64,000 nt of DNA from Diplonema japonicum (lineage: Eukaryota; Protista; Euglenozoa: Diplonemea), in the NCBI GenBank assembly GCA_964019335.1, contig OZ025705.1:310001-374000 (forward strand), read 5' to 3'. Positions 32,374-46,081 of the stretch are shown here, piece after piece. The notes under the pieces were generated by a model. It saw only the letters and a program-made list of their open reading frames with translations. It did no database searches and was not told the DNA's origin. Numbering within the stretch: the first letter of the stretch is position 1; every line of letters begins with the position of its first letter. Both the position numbers and the translations under genes were made by a program.

Positions 32374-35300
32374 CCTCCCTCAAACCTCAGGAATAGCAGC
32401 GTAAGTGAACACCTCGTCATCTTCTTCCTCATCATCATCATCATCATCATCATCACCCTTACCAGCTTCGGCGGCACCGTCGATCTCAGATTTTGCAGAA
32501 GCCACCGCCTCACACACATCCTCAGGCGTCATAACATCCCACAGCCCATCAGACGCAATGACAGCAAAGGCATCATTCTCCGTTATGCTATATGTGTGGA
32601 TGTCAGGCTCACAGGTAACAACATCCTTGCAGGGGTAGTCCCCAATGGACCGCGTTACTAGGAGGACACCATTTACCCTCCACGAGCCGTAGTAGTGGAT
32701 GACAGAGCCGCCGCGTGATTCGACCTTTGCACGTTCCTCTTCATCTTTGCATATGTGTAAGTGATTTAGTTGTCTTGCTGGGTCAGCACCGCCGATTACA
32801 ATTCTGCAATCACCGACATTTGCGACTGTGATGGTGTTTTCACGAACGGCTGCGACGATTGCTGTCGTGCCTGCATCGCAGTCGGCGGAGTCGACCTTTT
32901 TGAAGAAACCTTTGTTGGCCTCGAGGAAGCATTGCATCATGGCGCTGCCCACGTCGTTAGCCCATGCTGGATGACGGATTATCTTGTCCAGCAAATTGTT
33001 TCGACAATACTCTGCAGCGTACTTCCCACCGTGCCCGTCGAATACCCCAACAATGTACTCGTTCTCGTATTTCGATGGTTCTCCAAACACAACGCAGTTT
33101 GGGCTTAGAATCTCGGAATGTGTGTCTTCCATACCACCACGGAGTCCTTTTTCAGCGTGTGCGTAGATTTGATGTTTTGAAGGCGGGATGGGTTTTCCGA
33201 CGCACGCTGTTGCGTTTTCTACTATTCGTTCCCATGTGGTGGATGCGAGGGCCTTTTCGTGTAGATCCTTGACAGGAACGACGTCGGAGTTCAAGGTGCG
33301 CAGTTCGTCGACCCAACTGTCAGCGTCGTTGATCATTTCGTGCAGTTCGATGTATTCGGAAGGTGTGATCTGTGCGATGACGTTGAAGTCCGTGCTGTCA
33401 TACAGAGCTTGAAGAATGCTCCCGTGAAGCTGTGGTATCTCATCTTCGTCGATGTACTTGAATATTTTGTCGCAGTTTTTCTTCTTGTACATGTTCTGAT
33501 GTGTTTTCATGCACTGAATGGACCGGTTTCGCATGTCGTCTGACGAGAGCGACCCCATCTGCATCATTCTGCCCGATGAATCTGTTGAGGATGTGTCCTT
33601 TGTAAGGAGGACGCCTTTTGCGAATTCTTCGGTGTCGGTGTTGTGTGATTTTGGGGTGTCGGGCTCCGGTTCGGGTGTGGGGAGGGGGGACGGGTTTTCC
33701 GATTTTGAAAGGTGCTCTTGGTACGACTTCAAATACGCGTTATTGTGCCCCCCGCCTCGCAGCTCGCCTTTTTGGAAATCCGCCGTCGCATCGAATTTCT
33801 TGTCGGTGCTGATGACAGGCAACGCAAACTGTTCGCAGATTTCACGTAAAACCGATGGTTGCAATGGTTTTTGGATAACTTGTTGCATGCCTGCTTTTAA
33901 ACACAATGTGTCCATATCTGCGTGGGGGTCCGCTGTGAGACCGACAATATTCGTTGGTACTAACTCGTTTTCAGCTTCGTATTCCAGGATTTTGTTGGTA
34001 GCTGCGACACCTGAAACCCTTGACATGTGAACATCCATCAGGACTATGTGAAACCGGGTAGATTTGCATGCTTCAATGGCGTCTTCACCGTCTGAAGCCA
34101 GTTTAATGTTTATCGAGCTTGGGTCGAAGACGGATTTGAACATTTTCGCGGTGACTTTTTGCGTTAGAAACACATCTTCGACGATAAGAATATTGATAAT
34201 CCCGTTTTCGTGTTCGTTCCGCCTGTCCTTCAAGGCCACGCCTGAAACACAATGAACAGATTTCTCGCCGATTTTCTGGCTGATTTCGGCGAGTTCAACT
34301 TCGGGAACAGGTGCGGACGACCCGCGCACCCACGAATTGTTTCTGATCTCGTTCAGCGTTATCCTCAGCAGAACGTTGCGTTCGAGCATTCTCTTCAACA
34401 GCGAAACGAGTTCGGAGGAGTAAACCGGTTTTTTCGGATACGAAATCGGCGCGCTTTGAATTTTTTCGTACAATTGAATTTCGGATTTTGCTGCGGCAAA
34501 GGGCGCGCGGCCATACATGAAAATGTACAGAGTGATTCCCAACGCCCATATATCGTTGCTTTTCCCGCTTGAGAAATCGCCGCGACACGCCTCGGGTGAG
34601 AGGAACAATGGTGTGCCGCCTGTTTCGCGACTGCCATCGTCATTCGAATTCATCGCACGAGACACACCGAAATCAGCGAGTTTTACAACAGTTTTGTCGC
34701 TTGTTATGAGGATGTTCTCTGGCTTTATGTCGCGGTGGATGATATTGCAATCGTGGAGATGCTGTAGGCCTTCGACGATTTGTTGGAAGTACTGCCGTGT
34801 GGTGACTTCTTCGAAAGGGGGTTCCCGTGTCACGCCCTTGTCAGACAGGGACATGATAGCACCACCATCGACATACTCGAAAATTAAATATTGTTCCTTT
34901 AGGTCGTCGTCGTCCATGACCGCGAAGAGACGTACTGCGTTGGGGTGGTTTATTTTTGTTAGAACCGCCACTTCTTTGGACTCACCGGACTTTTTGAACA
35001 GTTTCTTGCTTATTTCTTTCATTGCGTAGTGGTGGCCCGTTTTGTCCTCTACCAGGTATACCTCACCATACCTGCCTGAACCTAAATGCTTCAACACGGT
35101 GTACTCATTGATCATCCGTCGATCTGTTTCGGTGTCTCTGCTGATGGTGACCTTGCTGATGAATTGTGTTCGTGGACGTGGTGAGGTGTCTTCCTTGTCC
35201 TCTTCCTTGTCCTCTTCCTTGTCCTCTGCTGTTTTCGAATCTTCCTTTTCTCCATCGTAGGATGTGCTCTCTTTTCTTTCAGAACTAACATCCTCTTTGT

Positions 35301-35568
35301 GACACAATAAATCGGTTTCTAAATGTGTCCCGGATTGCTTTTCAGGGGGTGCTTTGGTTTTCCCCCCGTTCTGGTCGGCCAAAGGAGGCGGTAGAGGCTG
35401 TGGTGGCGGCGTGGCAGGATCTGGATTACTCTGCACACGCTCCTTGGTACTCGATTTTCGTCTCTTCTCCTTCTCAGGAGCGATATCCTTCTTATACTCA
35501 CTTGACCTTCTTTTTGTCTCTTTTGCTTTGTCCTCTACAGTACTACCTTTTAGACACCCTTGACCCAT
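32264..35568 (-). CDS. Acylated Ser/Thr kinase (CaMKK-like) - response-regulator receiver - PP2C phosphatase fusion, two exons
   Basis: Starts MGQGC; kinase GSGRYG, AMK, HRDIKPEN, DFG; receiver ILIVED, VLMDVHM, GLTA, QKP; PP2C MED, VFDGHGG, ANVGD, ASDGLWD. Intron 32339-32385 (47 nt) restores the terminal RGSGDNIT motif. Confidence 0.92.
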
Positions 35569-35804
35569 TATATAAAGGGGGGGTTTTATTTTTTTGACCC
35601 CGCTTTTCTCTTTTTTTGTTGTTGTTGTGCAGGGGGAAAAAAAAAAGGGGAAAAAAAAAGAAGGAATATGTAAGTACCAAACTGATAGGGACAATTGTGT
35701 GAGACTAAAGGACGAAAGAGAAAGCGAAGGAGGGGGTGGAAAATGATAATGGAAAAAAAAAAAAAAAAAAATGGAGAAAAAAAGAATAGTAAATGTAAAT
35801 AAGA

Positions 35805-36204
35805 TTATCGGTCCATTGCCCCGCCGGTAGTGTTGAGGTGACCTTTGAGGTAAATTCGGGATTTCACAAGTTGCTTTTTGGACATTCTTTTGATCTGTAA
35901 TTTTTTTTTAAAAACTTTTTTTTTGTTTATGGAATACCTTCTTATTATCTTTAATCACCTGCACGGTGACCGATTTCATTGAGTCCTCCTGTTTCTTTAG
36001 TTTTAGTGCCTCTAGCCTCTTCCTCTCTTGCTCCTTCTTTTTACTGGATTCCTGCTTCAATTCATTCGAAAGTTTCTTTATCACGTCCAACTGCTTCTGT
36101 CTTTCCCTCCTCTTCGCAAATGATGTCTTTGATTCCTTTGTCGCATTCAGCGTTGATACCGGCTTCTTCTTTCCCTTCCACGGACGGTTGGATTTGTTCG
36201 TCAT
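35805..36204 (-). CDS. CCDC86/Cgr1-like rRNA-processing coiled-coil protein, two exons
   Basis: RPWK...TSFAKR; intron 35895-35937 (43 nt) restores KKIKRMSKKQL. Confidence 0.8.
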
Positions 36205-36389
36205 TTCCCCTTCTTTTTTTTATGAACCTGTGGGACAAAAGTTTTTTTTTTTCCCTATAAAAAAACAATTTCTTTTTTTCCAATTATTTTTTTTTTTTCA
36301 AAAAAAAAAAAAAATCTATTTGGTAAAATTTCTTTTTTTTTTTCCTTTCTTACACCCACCCCCCCCTCCCCCTCCTTCTCTTCTAAATA

Positions 36390-36656
36390 TTAATTCAGAT
36401 TCTGCTCTACTGCATTTTGCTTACGCGGGTTGTTCTTCAGAAGAAAATTTCCTGTTCAAAAAAAAGATTTTTTTTTTAATGGATCTATTCTCATACCTAA
36501 GTAATCCACTGGGTTTTCAGGCCGCTCCCTAGTTATAGCTGTGAGACCTTGCAGAAGAATGGGCACAACAGTCTCATCTAAATATGACCTAATAGGAAGG
36601 GCGGCCAGCTGCTGGGGGTAATCGGAAGTTGAAGGGGGTGCTTCAGGTGTGGACAT
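36390..36656 (-). CDS. DPY30: Dpy-30 motif protein (73 aa), two exons
   Basis: [19 protein letters not shown]...[10 protein letters not shown]; intron 36452-36496 (45 nt) continues GNFLLKNN. Confidence 0.85.
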
Positions 36657-37676
36657 TTTTTTTCTTCTTTTTTTTTTCCTTCCTAGAATTATTATATATC
36701 AAATTCCGAAAAATATTCTTTTGGGACTTGTTCCGTTCATTGCAGTTATTGTTTTGAAGAAAAAAAAAAAGCTATTTTCCTGGTGTTGCCCAACCAAAAT
36801 GACTCCTGTGTCAGCATCACGAGTGTCTCTAGGGACTTTACCTTATGACCTTTTGCCTTGGCTTTCACTTTTGTAGTGTTTTCCTTATAAAATCTGAACT
36901 TCGGTTCGAATTGGGGGGGGGGGGGGGGGGGTTGCCTTGAGAAAGAGATCTGGGAATAAAAAAAATAAAAAAAGATATAAAAAAAAAAAAGGTGTGTGGG
37001 AGGCATTTAAGATTGAATTGAAAGGGAGAAAGAAGAAGAAAGAAAGAAAAAAAAACGAAAGAGAAAGGCGAAAGGACCTTCAGACAGAAAGGAGGGCAAC
37101 TAAGAACACGGCGTACTTTGTTACCCCCTCTCTCTTTTTTTTCATTCTCCTGCTGCCCTTTTTTTCTTCATGTTCGCCAGTTCCGCAAAAGCTGCTTTTG
37201 TTTTCATATGGAAGTGGGAGGGAAGACAGCAGGTATTCTCAAGGATCCTATCCATTCGTTTAGGAAGAAGAAAGAAGAAGGAAAAAAAAAAGTACTTTCA
37301 AAAGAGAAAGAAGAACAGCAAAGAGAGGTAATGTTGCATGGAACGATTGCCACATGGGGAAGGGGAGTGGGGGGTGGGGGAAGCACACAAATCTTTTTTT
37401 TTTTTTAAAATAGGAAATCTAACACCCGTCTTTGAATACAATGGTTCTTCAGACGATGCGGTTTCCTTTCGTTCGTTTTCGTCACTCGACTGGCAACGGG
37501 TATGCGTGGCGTGACCCAGAGTCACGAAAGGCCGCAACCCGCACCAAAAAAATAATAATAATAATAATGAAAAAGCACGTTTGCATTGTCTTGTCTTTCT
37601 ATTTTTTTTTTTTTAAATAATTTTTCTTCCCTCATATTCAAAAGGGTTTGTTTGCAGTGTTAACGGTACCATCCCA

Positions 37677-38519
37677 TCACCCGATGAGCTTGCACTGAGA
37701 GGCAACGTCGCACTTCACCCTGCACTGGGCGTACCACTGGCTCTGCTGGTAGCAACGGCTCGGTGCCTCACAGCAAGAGGGTGACGACAGGCAGCTTCCC
37801 CATTCCGCGATCTTGGGACCAGAGCAGGTGCCCGCGGGAGGGGCATCTGTTGGTGCAGGGGTTTTTTCGACATTCGGTACCGGTGTCGGGACAGGGGTGG
37901 AAACACCCCCTCCTGTGGGTGCCGGAGTGGGGAGGGGCGTCGGGACAGGGGTCGTGCTGCCACCGTTGAAGTCAAGGTCGATGGCGTTGTAGAAGCTGGC
38001 AGAGGTGTCACCGACATCCCAGACTGCAAGGACCACGTGGTAGCCGCTCCTGGTCGGGACTGTGCAGGAGTGGGTCACTGTCATCGGGGGCTGCTGCATC
38101 TCCCCGTCCACCGTGCAGAAGGGGGTCCCCTCCAAGGTCTCCCTCCCGAGAGGGTCCACCCCGTTCCACCCCTCCTTCGTGATGAAGTACCTCCAGTCCC
38201 GCGTCACGTGGTTCGCTGTGAACTGCCACGTGAAGTCCATCGCCCCGCTGCTCACAGAGGTCTTCGCCCACCTCGTCGTCGACTGCTCGTTCAGGGGCGC
38301 CCAGTTGTCCTTCCCAGCAGCAGCCACCGTCCCGTCCGCAGGGCCAGTCTCGGGGTACCGGTCCTCCCCCTCCACGCTCTGCGGCTCGTACTGCACACCA
38401 CCGCAGCCGCTGTTGCTCCCCTCCTTGCAGGCGAAGTTTCTTGACGGGGGTGCCTTCACGTAGCCGTGCCCCTGCACCGTGGCGAACAGAGCTGTCGTGC
38501 AGAGAAGGGAACGCAGCAT
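37677..38519 (-). CDS. Secreted AA10 LPMO isoform A, copy 2
   Basis: Translation identical to 21583-22425. Confidence 0.93.
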   Translation of the reverse strand: MLRSLLCTTALFATVQGHGYVKAPPSRNFACKEGSNSGCGGVQYEPQSVEGEDRYPETGPADGTVAAAGKDNWAPLNEQSTTRWAKTSVSSGAMDFTWQFTANHVTRDWRYFITKEGWNGVDPLGRETLEGTPFCTVDGEMQQPPMTVTHSCTVPTRSGYHVVLAVWDVGDTSASFYNAIDLDFNGGSTTPVPTPLPTPAPTGGGVSTPVPTPVPNVEKTPAPTDAPPAGTCSGPKIAEWGSCLSSPSCCEAPSRCYQQSQWYAQCRVKCDVASQCKLIG

Positions 38520-38870
38520 TGGTGTTAAGGTTTTGTGGTGGTTGTTGAGGTATGAAACCTGCGTGTCGGGGTGCGGTGCGTTGAAAGGTAGGCACAACAA
38601 AGAAAATGAAGAAAGAAAGAAAGAAAGAAAGAAAGAAGAGAGAGAATTAACAGGGCTGCGGAAAGGCCCAAAATTCGTTCGGTCAAAAACGAGACAAAAA
38701 AAGCAAGCTTTGGAGAATAAGGAGATAAAGTTTTAACAAAATAAGTTTTAAATAATAATAAGAAGAAAGAAAGAAAGAATGAAGAGAGAGGTGTATTATG
38801 TAGCACCCACTTACCAGATGAAGCTAAGGGGTTGTCACCGTTAGAGTGGCCTAATAAGGAAACGGTGTCG

Positions 38871-39325
38871 TGTGAGGAGCTTGCTTTTGCTCTTTTGAAG
38901 AGAGAAAAGGAAACAAACAGAGAGAGAGGGAGAGAGAGGGAGGGAGGGCATGCATGTATGAGCGTGTTGCATAATAACGATTTACCACACAAAAAGAAAA
39001 GGGAGGAAGTGGAGGAGAACACAAAAGCGAACTGGCGTACTTCTGCCCCGGGAAATATTTCCACAAGACAAGGAACAGAACGGTAAAATGTGAGGAGCTT
39101 GCTTTTGCTCTTTTGAAGAGAGAAAAGGAAACAAACAGAGAGAGAGGGAGAGAGAGGGAGGGAGGGAGGGAGGGAGGGAGGGAGGGCATGCATGTATGAG
39201 CGTGTTGCATAATAACGATTTACCACACAAAAAGAAAAGGGAGGAAGTGGAGAAAAACACAAAAGCGAACTGGCGTACTTCTGCCCCGGGAAATATTTCC
39301 ACAAGACAAGGAACAGAACGGTAAA
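38871..39325. repeat. Tandem duplication of an approximately 220-240 bp spacer segment
   Basis: TGTGAGGAGCTTGC...GAACGGTAAA occurs twice here and once in the 22.8-23.0 kb copy. Confidence 0.85.
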
Positions 39326-39462
39326 GGAGCGTGACCCAGAGTCACTTAACACTCTTTGCCTTAGTTTCTGTTCAGTAGTTGGTTATTATTTCTTTTTCTT
39401 CTTCTTTTTTTTTTTTCTCTTTTTTTTCTTTTTTTCATTTTTTGTCCCCTCCTCTTACAACT

Positions 39463-40126
39463 TCAGATCACTAGTTTCACACACTCCGGTGCGTAGTTGC
39501 AGACAGACAGACACCTGGCCCACCACTTGTTCTGCTGGTAGCACGACAGCCCGGCCTCACAGCAGTTCGGGTTCGACTCCCAGCAGTCGTTCTTCCCGTC
39601 CCACGAGCCTCCCATCCCGGCCCCGCCGAAGGACAGGATCACCTTCTTCCCAGCCGCACGCCACTTCTGCACCAGGGCGGGCTGCGGGGCGTTTCCGCAC
39701 ACCGGCACGGGCGTCGAGATCACGCACTGCTGGTTGCAGGTGTTCTTCCCCGGGCTCCACGTGTAGGTCACCGCGAAGGACACGAGGACGTGTGTGTAGG
39801 CGTTCATCTGTGCGTCGGTGGGGCACGCCTGCCAGTTCCCGACGTAGGCGATCATCCTGCTGTCCTCCGATGCCTGAGCCGGAGGACCGGGCGGCGGCGT
39901 GGGAGGGGCGGGGGTCGGAGGCGGTGCCGGCACAGTGCCCCCCATCGATGGGCACCACGTTGCTTGGTTCGACGCGCACACACCAGCACTCGTAGCACGG
40001 CTCCGCCCACCCTGACTTGTAACAAGGCGCACCCATGTTGATGCAACGCTGGCACTCCTCCACAGTCTGCCCTGAAACACCTCCCGCAAGCAGCATCATC
40101 CCAAGAAGCACCCGAGACGTTCTCAT
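39463..40126 (-). pseudogene. GH18 chitinase pseudogene, copy 2 (catalytic region deleted)
   Basis: Shares the 5' frameshift with copy 1. KNDCWE is fused directly to SNPNCCEAG, removing DxDxE; there is a 7-nt deletion at the C-terminus. Confidence 0.88.
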
Positions 40127-40211
40127 TTTATTTGTGTGTAGTGTTGTGAACAAAGAAAACTGTGGATGGGTTTCAAAATGCACACGTTGTTAGGAAAAAT
40201 AAAATAAAACT

Positions 40212-40439
40212 TCACTGGTTAGGATGTGGCTTCTTCATAACCTGGCTCTCCCTGTTCGTCACTCTGCTTGTCACCAGTACTGCAATCACAAACCCAAATC
40301 CCCACCACAATGCCCTCCCTCCCCACCTCTGTAATCTCGATGATTTTTCATAGTAACTAAGTTTTTCCATGCTGCTCCTGTTGTAGTCAGTGGAGTGGCA
40401 TTGTCTGCGCTGCACCAACATCCTACTTGTGACCAACAT
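40212..40439 (-). CDS. Small single-TM protein (75 aa), possibly mitochondrial
   Basis: ATG 40439, basic presequence-like MLVTSRMLVQRR, TM ALWWGFGFVIAVLV. Confidence 0.5.
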   Translation of the reverse strand: MLVTSRMLVQRRQCHSTDYNRSSMEKLSYYEKSSRLQRWGGRALWWGFGFVIAVLVTSRVTNRESQVMKKPHPNQ

Positions 40440-40829
40440 CTCTTTTTTTTTTTTTTTTTTTTTCTTCCGCCCTCTTTTTTTTTTATACTCGTGCGAACAA
40501 AAAAAAAAAAAAAAAGGAAAACAGAAGTCATAAAGAATCATTAACCCCCCCTTTTCTTTCCTCAAAGAACATTTTGTGACAGTTCGATTGTCTGGTCAGC
40601 GCTCCTTGGGAAAAAAAAAAAAAATCTACTCATCGGCGAACAAAGAGCGGTATTTCCACATACTGGACAAGAAAAAAAAAAAAAAGGTGACACAAGACCT
40701 CGTCGCTTATACACAGAAAAAAAAAGGGAAAACAAAAAGGAAGGGAAGGAAAGGGACTTGACAATAGAAGGAATGAGGCATCTAAAACAAAAAAAAAAAA
40801 AAACAAAAACAAAAAAAAAGCATAAAATC

Positions 40830-42695
40830 TCATGGTGACGGCATCCAAGGCCCCGAGCCACGTGGGGGCGACACTCTGTTAGGCACAGGGGGGTGTTGGT
40901 ACAAGGAGGCAGTTGTGTTATTGGCGTGATGGTGCGGAGTCGGGCGTGGGCGTGAGGTCGGGGACGAAAAGGTAGGCACTGTGGTACGAGTTTCTTTCCA
41001 TGCCTCCCAGTTGGTTTGCTGACGTTGCCAGTCACGCCACACAGCAGTCGATTGATCTGTCTCGTGGCGCTTCGAAGGCGACATGCGCCCCTCTCTGGGG
41101 AACATGTTGGGCTGGTAACCCCGTTTCCTCAGCATTTCATTCTCCCTCTCCATTTTCTCGATGTATTCCTGCATCGTCCTCTTCTCCACCTCCAGCTGCT
41201 GGCAGTACTGTCTCGTCTCCGTCACCTTCGACCAGTCGACTTTCATTTTTTTGTTCTTCTCCTTCAACTTGCCGTTCTGCGTCTCCAGCTTGATTACGCG
41301 GTTCTCGTAAACAGTGAGCCGTGACTCAAGCATCTCGCCCCCTTCCACAGGTACGCTGATGGAAGATACGTTAGCGCTCTTGACCGCGCTGCTCCCTTCC
41401 AACCGCGACTGCAGATCTCTTTTCTGTGTCTCTGCCTCGTTTAGCATCTGCTGCGATTTCAAATTGCTGTCCGACAACGAGGCCAGCTCCGTCTCCAGCT
41501 CTAACAACTTCCCCTCCATCAGATTGCGTTCGATGGCGTGGCGCTCCCTTAGTTCTTGCTCCGTGCGATGAGCCCCTTGCACTGCAATCTGTGCTTGGTC
41601 TGTCTCACGCCTTGCCACCTCTGCGCTCCGCTCCTGAGACTCTTCGATCCTTGTTCTTATGATAGACCTCAGCGCCAGCAGCACGTCTTGTAGCTCAGCC
41701 AAGCATCCCTTCCCTGTCTGCACTACTCCATGGAGGGGGCCTGTCCCTGCTGCCTCGCTCTCGTCTTTGATCGAGTCGTTGAAGCGGATGAGGTCTGCCA
41801 ACCTGTCTTGTTCAACTGCTGTATGCAGAGCAAGGTACCCAGTAGACGTCCTCTTCAGTCCTGCAACGAGAGACCGCAGTTGCATCTCTGCCTCTTCAGT
41901 GTCGCGCTGTCGTTCCATCAGGCGTGCTACCTCGCCAGCAAGCCTGTCGCACTCTGCTTGGCACTGTCGCATTTGCTCCGAGGACTCGTTCGCTGCCCGT
42001 GTCTTTTCGGCAACGTTGTCCTGAGCAGCCGCCCTGTCACCCCTTTCCTTGTTCAGCTGCTCTGTGGTTTCCCTCACCTCGGCCATCACCTGCTGCAGCA
42101 TTACTTCCAGCCGGGCCTTCTCTTCACCAAGTTTTCCTTTCTCACCGTCGTTATCCTCGAGTTCCTTCCTCAGTCTAGTTACCTCTTCAGCCACACGCTT
42201 ACACTCGGTGACGCCCCTGTCTAACCACTCCTTCATCACAGCTTTCTCCTCGCGCAGTGTTGCGATCTGCTCGTTCTTCTCCTTGATGTCCTGCTCTAGC
42301 TGCCTGTCGGGGATGTGCACAGGTTGCTGCGGGGGGTTGTGCGGGGTTGTGTTAAGAGGCTGCTGCTGCATAACCTTTAGCTGCAGTTTCAAGCGTTCGA
42401 CCTCATCTTGCGTCTGGCGCTTTTCGATGCGCTCCCTCTCTAAGTGCCCATTCAGGTTTTCCATTGTCTGGTGCAGACCGCCCACCTGCATCTTCAGATC
42501 GTCCTTGTCTTTGTACCCGCCAGTGAAGGCGGTGCTTGCAGCGCTGTCACCCTCTTCCGTCCCGCCTCCAACCCGCCTGCTGAAGCCCTCTATCTCTTGG
42601 TTTAGCTTCCAAAGCTGGCTTTTGAATGGAGTTGCAGCTGGAGATGGCTGCGCGTTGTAGGTGCTTGAGAACTGCATGGCAGGTGGCTGCGACAT
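40830..42695 (-). CDS. Long coiled-coil protein, hypothetical (about 621 aa)
   Basis: E/Q/K/R/L heptad-rich ORF; first ATG at 42695. Confidence 0.8.
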   Translation of the reverse strand: MSQPPAMQFSSTYNAQPSPAATPFKSQLWKLNQEIEGFSRRVGGGTEEGDSAASTAFTGGYKDKDDLKMQVGGLHQTMENLNGHLERERIEKRQTQDEVERLKLQLKVMQQQPLNTTPHNPPQQPVHIPDRQLEQDIKEKNEQIATLREEKAVMKEWLDRGVTECKRVAEEVTRLRKELEDNDGEKGKLGEEKARLEVMLQQVMAEVRETTEQLNKERGDRAAAQDNVAEKTRAANESSEQMRQCQAECDRLAGEVARLMERQRDTEEAEMQLRSLVAGLKRTSTGYLALHTAVEQDRLADLIRFNDSIKDESEAAGTGPLHGVVQTGKGCLAELQDVLLALRSIIRTRIEESQERSAEVARRETDQAQIAVQGAHRTEQELRERHAIERNLMEGKLLELETELASLSDSNLKSQQMLNEAETQKRDLQSRLEGSSAVKSANVSSISVPVEGGEMLESRLTVYENRVIKLETQNGKLKEKNKKMKVDWSKVTETRQYCQQLEVEKRTMQEYIEKMERENEMLRKRGYQPNMFPREGRMSPSKRHETDQSTAVWRDWQRQQTNWEAWKETRTTVPTFSSPTSRPRPTPHHHANNTTASLYQHPPVPNRVSPPRGSGPWMPSP

Positions 42696-42845
42696 GGCAC
42701 CCCACACCCCACTGTGATATACTGGAAACAGGAATATAAAAAAAGAAATTCACCATGATAGGAAACGAAGTAGTTAGCAACGGCCCAAAAAAAAAAAAAA
42801 AAAAAAAAAAAAGAAGAAGAAGAAAAATGAGCGGAAACCCAATTT

Positions 42846-44207
42846 TTAAGAAGGGCTAACCTTAAGATGGGCCAAAGGCACGTGTTGTACATCGAAATCA
42901 TGAACAAGCGTAGAAACAGAGAGCTCTTCATGAAGGGCGGCGCTGCCTGCATCGTACAGCGCATTCTTCGAGAGAGCCGACAGAGCGCAGGAGAGGTTGG
43001 ACGAGTCGATGAAGTTCCCCGAAATCGCTACCGAAGGGGTAAGGTTGGTCACGGCATGAGTCATACCAGCAGGGACAAAAATAACATCACCGGGGTTCAG
43101 GATAACCTCATATGGTGTGGCATGGGCGTAAGCAGGGTGCGCACTGAGAGAAACACCCTCAATAGGGTCCACCTCGAACACAGGCTCAAAGGCACCCTGC
43201 AAAGGATATGTCGGGTACAGGAAGGGAAGGTCCATGGTCGAATAGAAAATCCATTTCTTTTGACCTGACAAGCACATCATCCAAAAGTTTGACCCGAAGG
43301 TGTCTACATGTAGCTTCGATGACAATCCAGCAGACGGAGCAACAAACAGTGACGGCCAGGCATCCCTGTACAGTCCCACCCTATCGGGGGTGGGTAGGAA
43401 ATCGTTTGCGAAGTACTTGGGAATGGTCAGATGCTTGTTCAGTTCCTCTAGGTACAAGGGAATGCTCACATCAAAGAGATATGAATCGTTACTTAACTCC
43501 GAGATTTTTTCACACCCCGCGCACTCCAGCCCGCCCCATTCCATCGAATTTGTGACGGACTTCTTGACAGGAACTTTTTTTTGACCCGCGATTTCAATGA
43601 GCCATTGATGGTCCCAGGGCTTGCCGTTTGTTACCGTGTCGTTCAGACCCTCTATGATAACAGGTGTTTGTGTTGTTGCAAATTTTTCGTGGAAATCACG
43701 GACGGAAAGGGAGTCGGTGTGGATCCGTTGGATTGTGTTGCTTGGGTCCTTTTTGCGTTTTTTGGAAGGCGTTTCCTGCGAGAAATAGTTCAGGGCATAA
43801 TCTCTCGCGTTGTCCATACTCAACCATGTTTCTAGGCGTAATATTTCGCCTTCGATAGACAGGCTCGGGTCCTCATCTGAGATCAATAACTGTGTAGTCT
43901 TCACACCTCCTATCACCACGGTCTCTGCGCTGGCTGTTCGAGTTTTTTCACCAGTAACGTCTTGCATTGTTTTCAGTACTTTTTTGAACTCCTCGACTGC
44001 TTCTTCTTTCATTCCTAGTATTTCAAGCATCTCGGCTTTCCGTACCCCTTCCTTCTCTCTCGCCAACCTTCTTTCTAAAAACTCTCTGCCTCCGTTTTGC
44101 ATCACAGTTGTAAGCAGGTACGTCCCTTTACCTTCGAAAGGCTTTATTTTGAGTGCCTCGGATGTGCTTTGGGGCTGGATCTTCCACCATGCCGCGAGGA
44201 GTTCCAT
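42846..44207 (-). CDS. JmjC-domain 2-oxoglutarate/Fe(II) oxygenase (JMJD4/6-like)
   Basis: LHVD (HxD), GQKKWIFY, PGDVIFVPAGMTHAVTNL, AISGNF. Confidence 0.88.
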   Translation of the reverse strand: MELLAAWWKIQPQSTSEALKIKPFEGKGTYLLTTVMQNGGREFLERRLAREKEGVRKAEMLEILGMKEEAVEEFKKVLKTMQDVTGEKTRTASAETVVIGGVKTTQLLISDEDPSLSIEGEILRLETWLSMDNARDYALNYFSQETPSKKRKKDPSNTIQRIHTDSLSVRDFHEKFATTQTPVIIEGLNDTVTNGKPWDHQWLIEIAGQKKVPVKKSVTNSMEWGGLECAGCEKISELSNDSYLFDVSIPLYLEELNKHLTIPKYFANDFLPTPDRVGLYRDAWPSLFVAPSAGLSSKLHVDTFGSNFWMMCLSGQKKWIFYSTMDLPFLYPTYPLQGAFEPVFEVDPIEGVSLSAHPAYAHATPYEVILNPGDVIFVPAGMTHAVTNLTPSVAISGNFIDSSNLSCALSALSKNALYDAGSAALHEELSVSTLVHDFDVQHVPLAHLKVSPS

Positions 44208-44603
44208 TTTTTTTTTTTTTTTTTACTTCTTCTTTTCTTGCCCCATGTAAAAAGTTAGAGTTATCTGGTTAAAGAAGAGAAAAGGAAAAAAGGAATGTAG
44301 AGAGCAATAAGAAAGGGAAAAGAAAAGAAAAAACAGGGCACCTATGCTGGGTGCTACGTTGGGTGGCAATTCGGCCATTGAAAGAACAAAAAAAAAAAAA
44401 TGGGGAAGAAACACACAAGAAATAAAAGCGCAGGTAAGACACGTTCATAAAGACAAAGAGAAAGAAAGAAAAAAAGGGGGGTGTTCAATCGCTACTGTCA
44501 ATGGTCAAGGAAAGAAAAGGAGACATAAATTAGAGGAAAGATGTGTGTATTTTAAAAAGGCCTTTCCCTTTTTTTTCTCTTTTTTTTTTTTTTTCTCCTG
44601 CTT

Positions 44604-46043
<1,440 letters not shown>

Positions 46044-46047
46044 TCAA

Positions 46048-46081
<34 letters not shown>

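Larger units (their letters stand above)
37167..40150. repeat. Dispersed duplication of the LPMO-A/chitinase cassette (source about 21073-24727)
   Basis: Near-identical at offset 16094 through the LPMO. This copy adds a tandem duplication in the spacer and has about 0.9 kb deleted from the chitinase; diverged homology extends about 180 bp further left. Confidence 0.92.
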
